Of a DNA stretch of 64,000 nt, positions 62,753 to 64,000 are shown one piece after another. The notes below the pieces were generated by a model, which did no database searches, had not been told where the DNA came from, and was given only the letters and a program-made list of their open reading frames with translations. Source of the stretch: Minisyncoccota bacterium (lineage in GTDB: Bacteria > Patescibacteriota > Minisyncoccia > Phycocordibacterales > UBA2100); contig DATJXE010000004.1 in NCBI GenBank assembly GCA_035500505.1, positions 50,230-114,229 on the forward strand, read 5' to 3'. How positions within the stretch are numbered: position 1 is the stretch's first letter; every line of letters begins with the position of its first letter. The position numbers and the translations under genes are program-made.

Positions 62753-64000
62753 TTAAGCCCGTACCGCCGCCCGGGCGCGCACGCTGCGCTCGCGGCTGGG
62801 GCCTTTGCGCACGTCATAGGTGAACTCCCCGTTCTTGGCGTCCACCGAGACCGCGCCGCCTTCCATGACACCGCGGGAGACCATGAGATTGGCGATGGGC
62901 GTGAGCACCTTGGTTTGGATGAGGCGCTTGAGAGGGCGCGCGCCGTATTGCGCGTTGTAGCCTTCCTTCGCCAAAAGCTCCATCGCCTCTTTCGTGAGAC
63001 GGAGCGTTATCTGTTTCTCTTCGAGACGCTTCGCGACGATATCCACTTGCATGCGTACGATGTCGAGAATGGCTTCGTGCGAAAGAATGTTGAAGAGAAT
63101 GACGTCGTCGAGACGGTTCAAGAACTCCGGGCGGAAGAATTCCTTCAGAGAATCCGTGACCTTGCTCTTCACCTGCTCGTAACGCTCGCCCTCGGTCGAG
63201 GAGCCGCCGCTCGCGAAGCCGAGCGAGGACATCCTGTCGATGTGTTCGGCGCCGATGTTCGAGGTCATGATGATGACGCAATTCTTGAAGTTGACAGTGC
63301 GGCCTTTGGCGTCGGTGAGGCGGCCGTTGTCGAGCACTTGCAGGAGGATGTTGAACACCTCCGGATGTGCCTTCTCTATTTCATCGAAGAGGATGACGGA
63401 ATAGGGGCGGTGCCGCACCAGTTCGGTGAGTCCTCCGCCTTCGTCATAGCCAACGTAGCCGGGCGGCGAGCCGATCATTTTGGAAACGCTGTGCTTCTCC
63501 ATGTATTCGGACATGTCGACACGGATGAGCGCCTTGTCGCTGTTGAAGAGGAATTCCGCGAGCGAACGCGTGAGCTCGGTCTTCCCCACCCCAGTGGGGC
63601 CGAGGAACAGGAATGAGCCGACGGGGCGGTTGGGATCGGCGATGCCGGCGCGAGAGCGCTTGATGGCGTCGGAAACTTTCTGCACGGCTTCGTCCTGGCC
63701 GACGATGCGCTTTTTGAGTTCTTCTTCCATGCGCGAGAGCTTTTCCGCTTCCTCTTCGAGCATGCGGGAGACCGGCACCCCGGTCCAGCGGGAAACGACC
63801 CCCGCGATGTCTTCGGCGGTGATCTCTTCTTTGAGGACGCGGCGGGTTTGCTGCAATTTCTTGAGACGCTTGGTCGCCGCCTCGATCTGGTGCTCAAGCG
63901 CGGGTATGGTGCCGTAGCGGATCTCGGCGGTCTTGGTGAGGTCGCCTATGTTCTCCGCGGAATCGGCGTCGATGCGCGACTGCTCGAGTTCTCCCTTCGC
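62753..64000 (-). CDS. clpB: ClpB/ClpA-family AAA+ chaperone, C-terminal half (5' end beyond window)
   Basis: The second AAA+ module is present: GQDEAV, Walker A GPTGVGKTE, Walker B ILFDEIEKAH, sensor-2 GARPLKR and the C-terminal domain. The frame stays open to the window edge. Confidence 0.85.
   Translation of the reverse strand, partial: AKGELEQSRIDADSAENIGDLTKTAEIRYGTIPALEHQIEAATKRLKKLQQTRRVLKEEITAEDIAGVVSRWTGVPVSRMLEEEAEKLSRMEEELKKRIVGQDEAVQKVSDAIKRSRAGIADPNRPVGSFLFLGPTGVGKTELTRSLAEFLFNSDKALIRVDMSEYMEKHSVSKMIGSPPGYVGYDEGGGLTELVRHRPYSVILFDEIEKAHPEVFNILLQVLDNGRLTDAKGRTVNFKNCVIIMTSNIGAEHIDRMSSLGFASGGSSTEGERYEQVKSKVTDSLKEFFRPEFLNRLDDVILFNILSHEAILDIVRMQVDIVAKRLEEKQITLRLTKEAMELLAKEGYNAQYGARPLKRLIQTKVLTPIANLMVSRGVMEGGAVSVDAKNGEFTYDVRKGPSRERSVRARAAVRA

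Noticed and set aside
62600-63616. 338-aa plus-strand ORF and several 100-160-aa ORFs over clpB
   Set aside because: All are antisense or alternate frames of the well-supported ClpB coding sequence.
1-64000. CRISPR arrays, rRNA genes, prophage structural genes, integrase/recombinase genes
   Set aside because: No direct-repeat/spacer arrays, rRNA signatures or tyrosine/serine recombinase motifs were seen anywhere in the window. The only transposase-like gene is the RAYT.

Overview
This window is a ~64 kb high-GC (~58-60%) bacterial chromosomal segment using the standard genetic code (TGA is used as a stop). It carries bacterial hallmarks: a type-A RNase P RNA, MurJ, LepA, FtsB and four tRNAs. 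The nearly exclusive use of overlapping start/stop codons, an archaeal-type carbohydrate enzyme set and cohesin/dockerin proteins suggest an uncultivated lineage, but the taxon cannot be determined from the sequence alone.

Gene content in order:
- 0.3-3.2 kb: phosphomannomutase/phosphoglucomutase and an ABC-2 exporter pair.
- 3.2-12.8 kb: a tightly overlapping purine operon on the minus strand. Going downstream it reads purL(S-fused)-purQ-[small ORF]-[P-loop NTPase]-purK-purE-purM-purC-purB. It is followed by folA.
- 13.4-17.7 kb: CYTH protein, dcd, thyA, glyA and a DedA protein.
- 17.8-24.4 kb: an alpha-glucan (glycogen) cluster with archaeal-type enzymes: ROK kinase, cupin-type PGI, GH15, GH57, a GT4/GT5 glycogen synthase and a HAD-IIB phosphatase.
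- 24.5-39.9 kb: a cell-surface locus. It encodes a cohesin protein and a 1,947-aa dockerin-bearing protein with CE4 deacetylase and Ig-like repeats. It also encodes a CE4/PG-binding/GT2 (NodB-NodC-like) fusion synthase, a 3D-domain protein, a membrane beta-sandwich protein and a 1,114-aa SdrD-B-repeat protein.
- 40.1-43.5 kb: an accessory patch. It holds a REP-associated tyrosine transposase (RAYT) flanked by REP palindromes and a DsbD/CcdA-thioredoxin fusion. A Met/His-rich tandem-repeat peptide sits upstream of the DsbD gene, followed by an XRE regulator plus membrane protein.
- 43.6-64 kb: housekeeping genes (ABC importer, FAD oxidase, VIT, hisS, exonuclease, glutaredoxin, FMN reductase/HxlR, CofE-like, FtsB, lepA, murJ, rnpB, OmpR-type response regulator, rpmG, clpB) interspersed with small unknowns and a bacterial SET-domain protein.

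The most unusual observations:
1. Two copies of a ~110-nt hairpin element fill two convergent-gene gaps exactly. They share a 100% identical 45-nt core and conserved stem ends, but have a completely different, perfectly compensatory 13-bp stem segment.
2. A 1.6-kb three-gene insertion of unknown function lies downstream of rpmG. It is bracketed by 57-bp direct repeats of the rpmG 3' end that differ only at synonymous positions, the signature of an integrative element.
3. A RAYT/REP unit is present.
4. The RNase P RNA gene is hidden under a spurious 733-aa antisense ORF.
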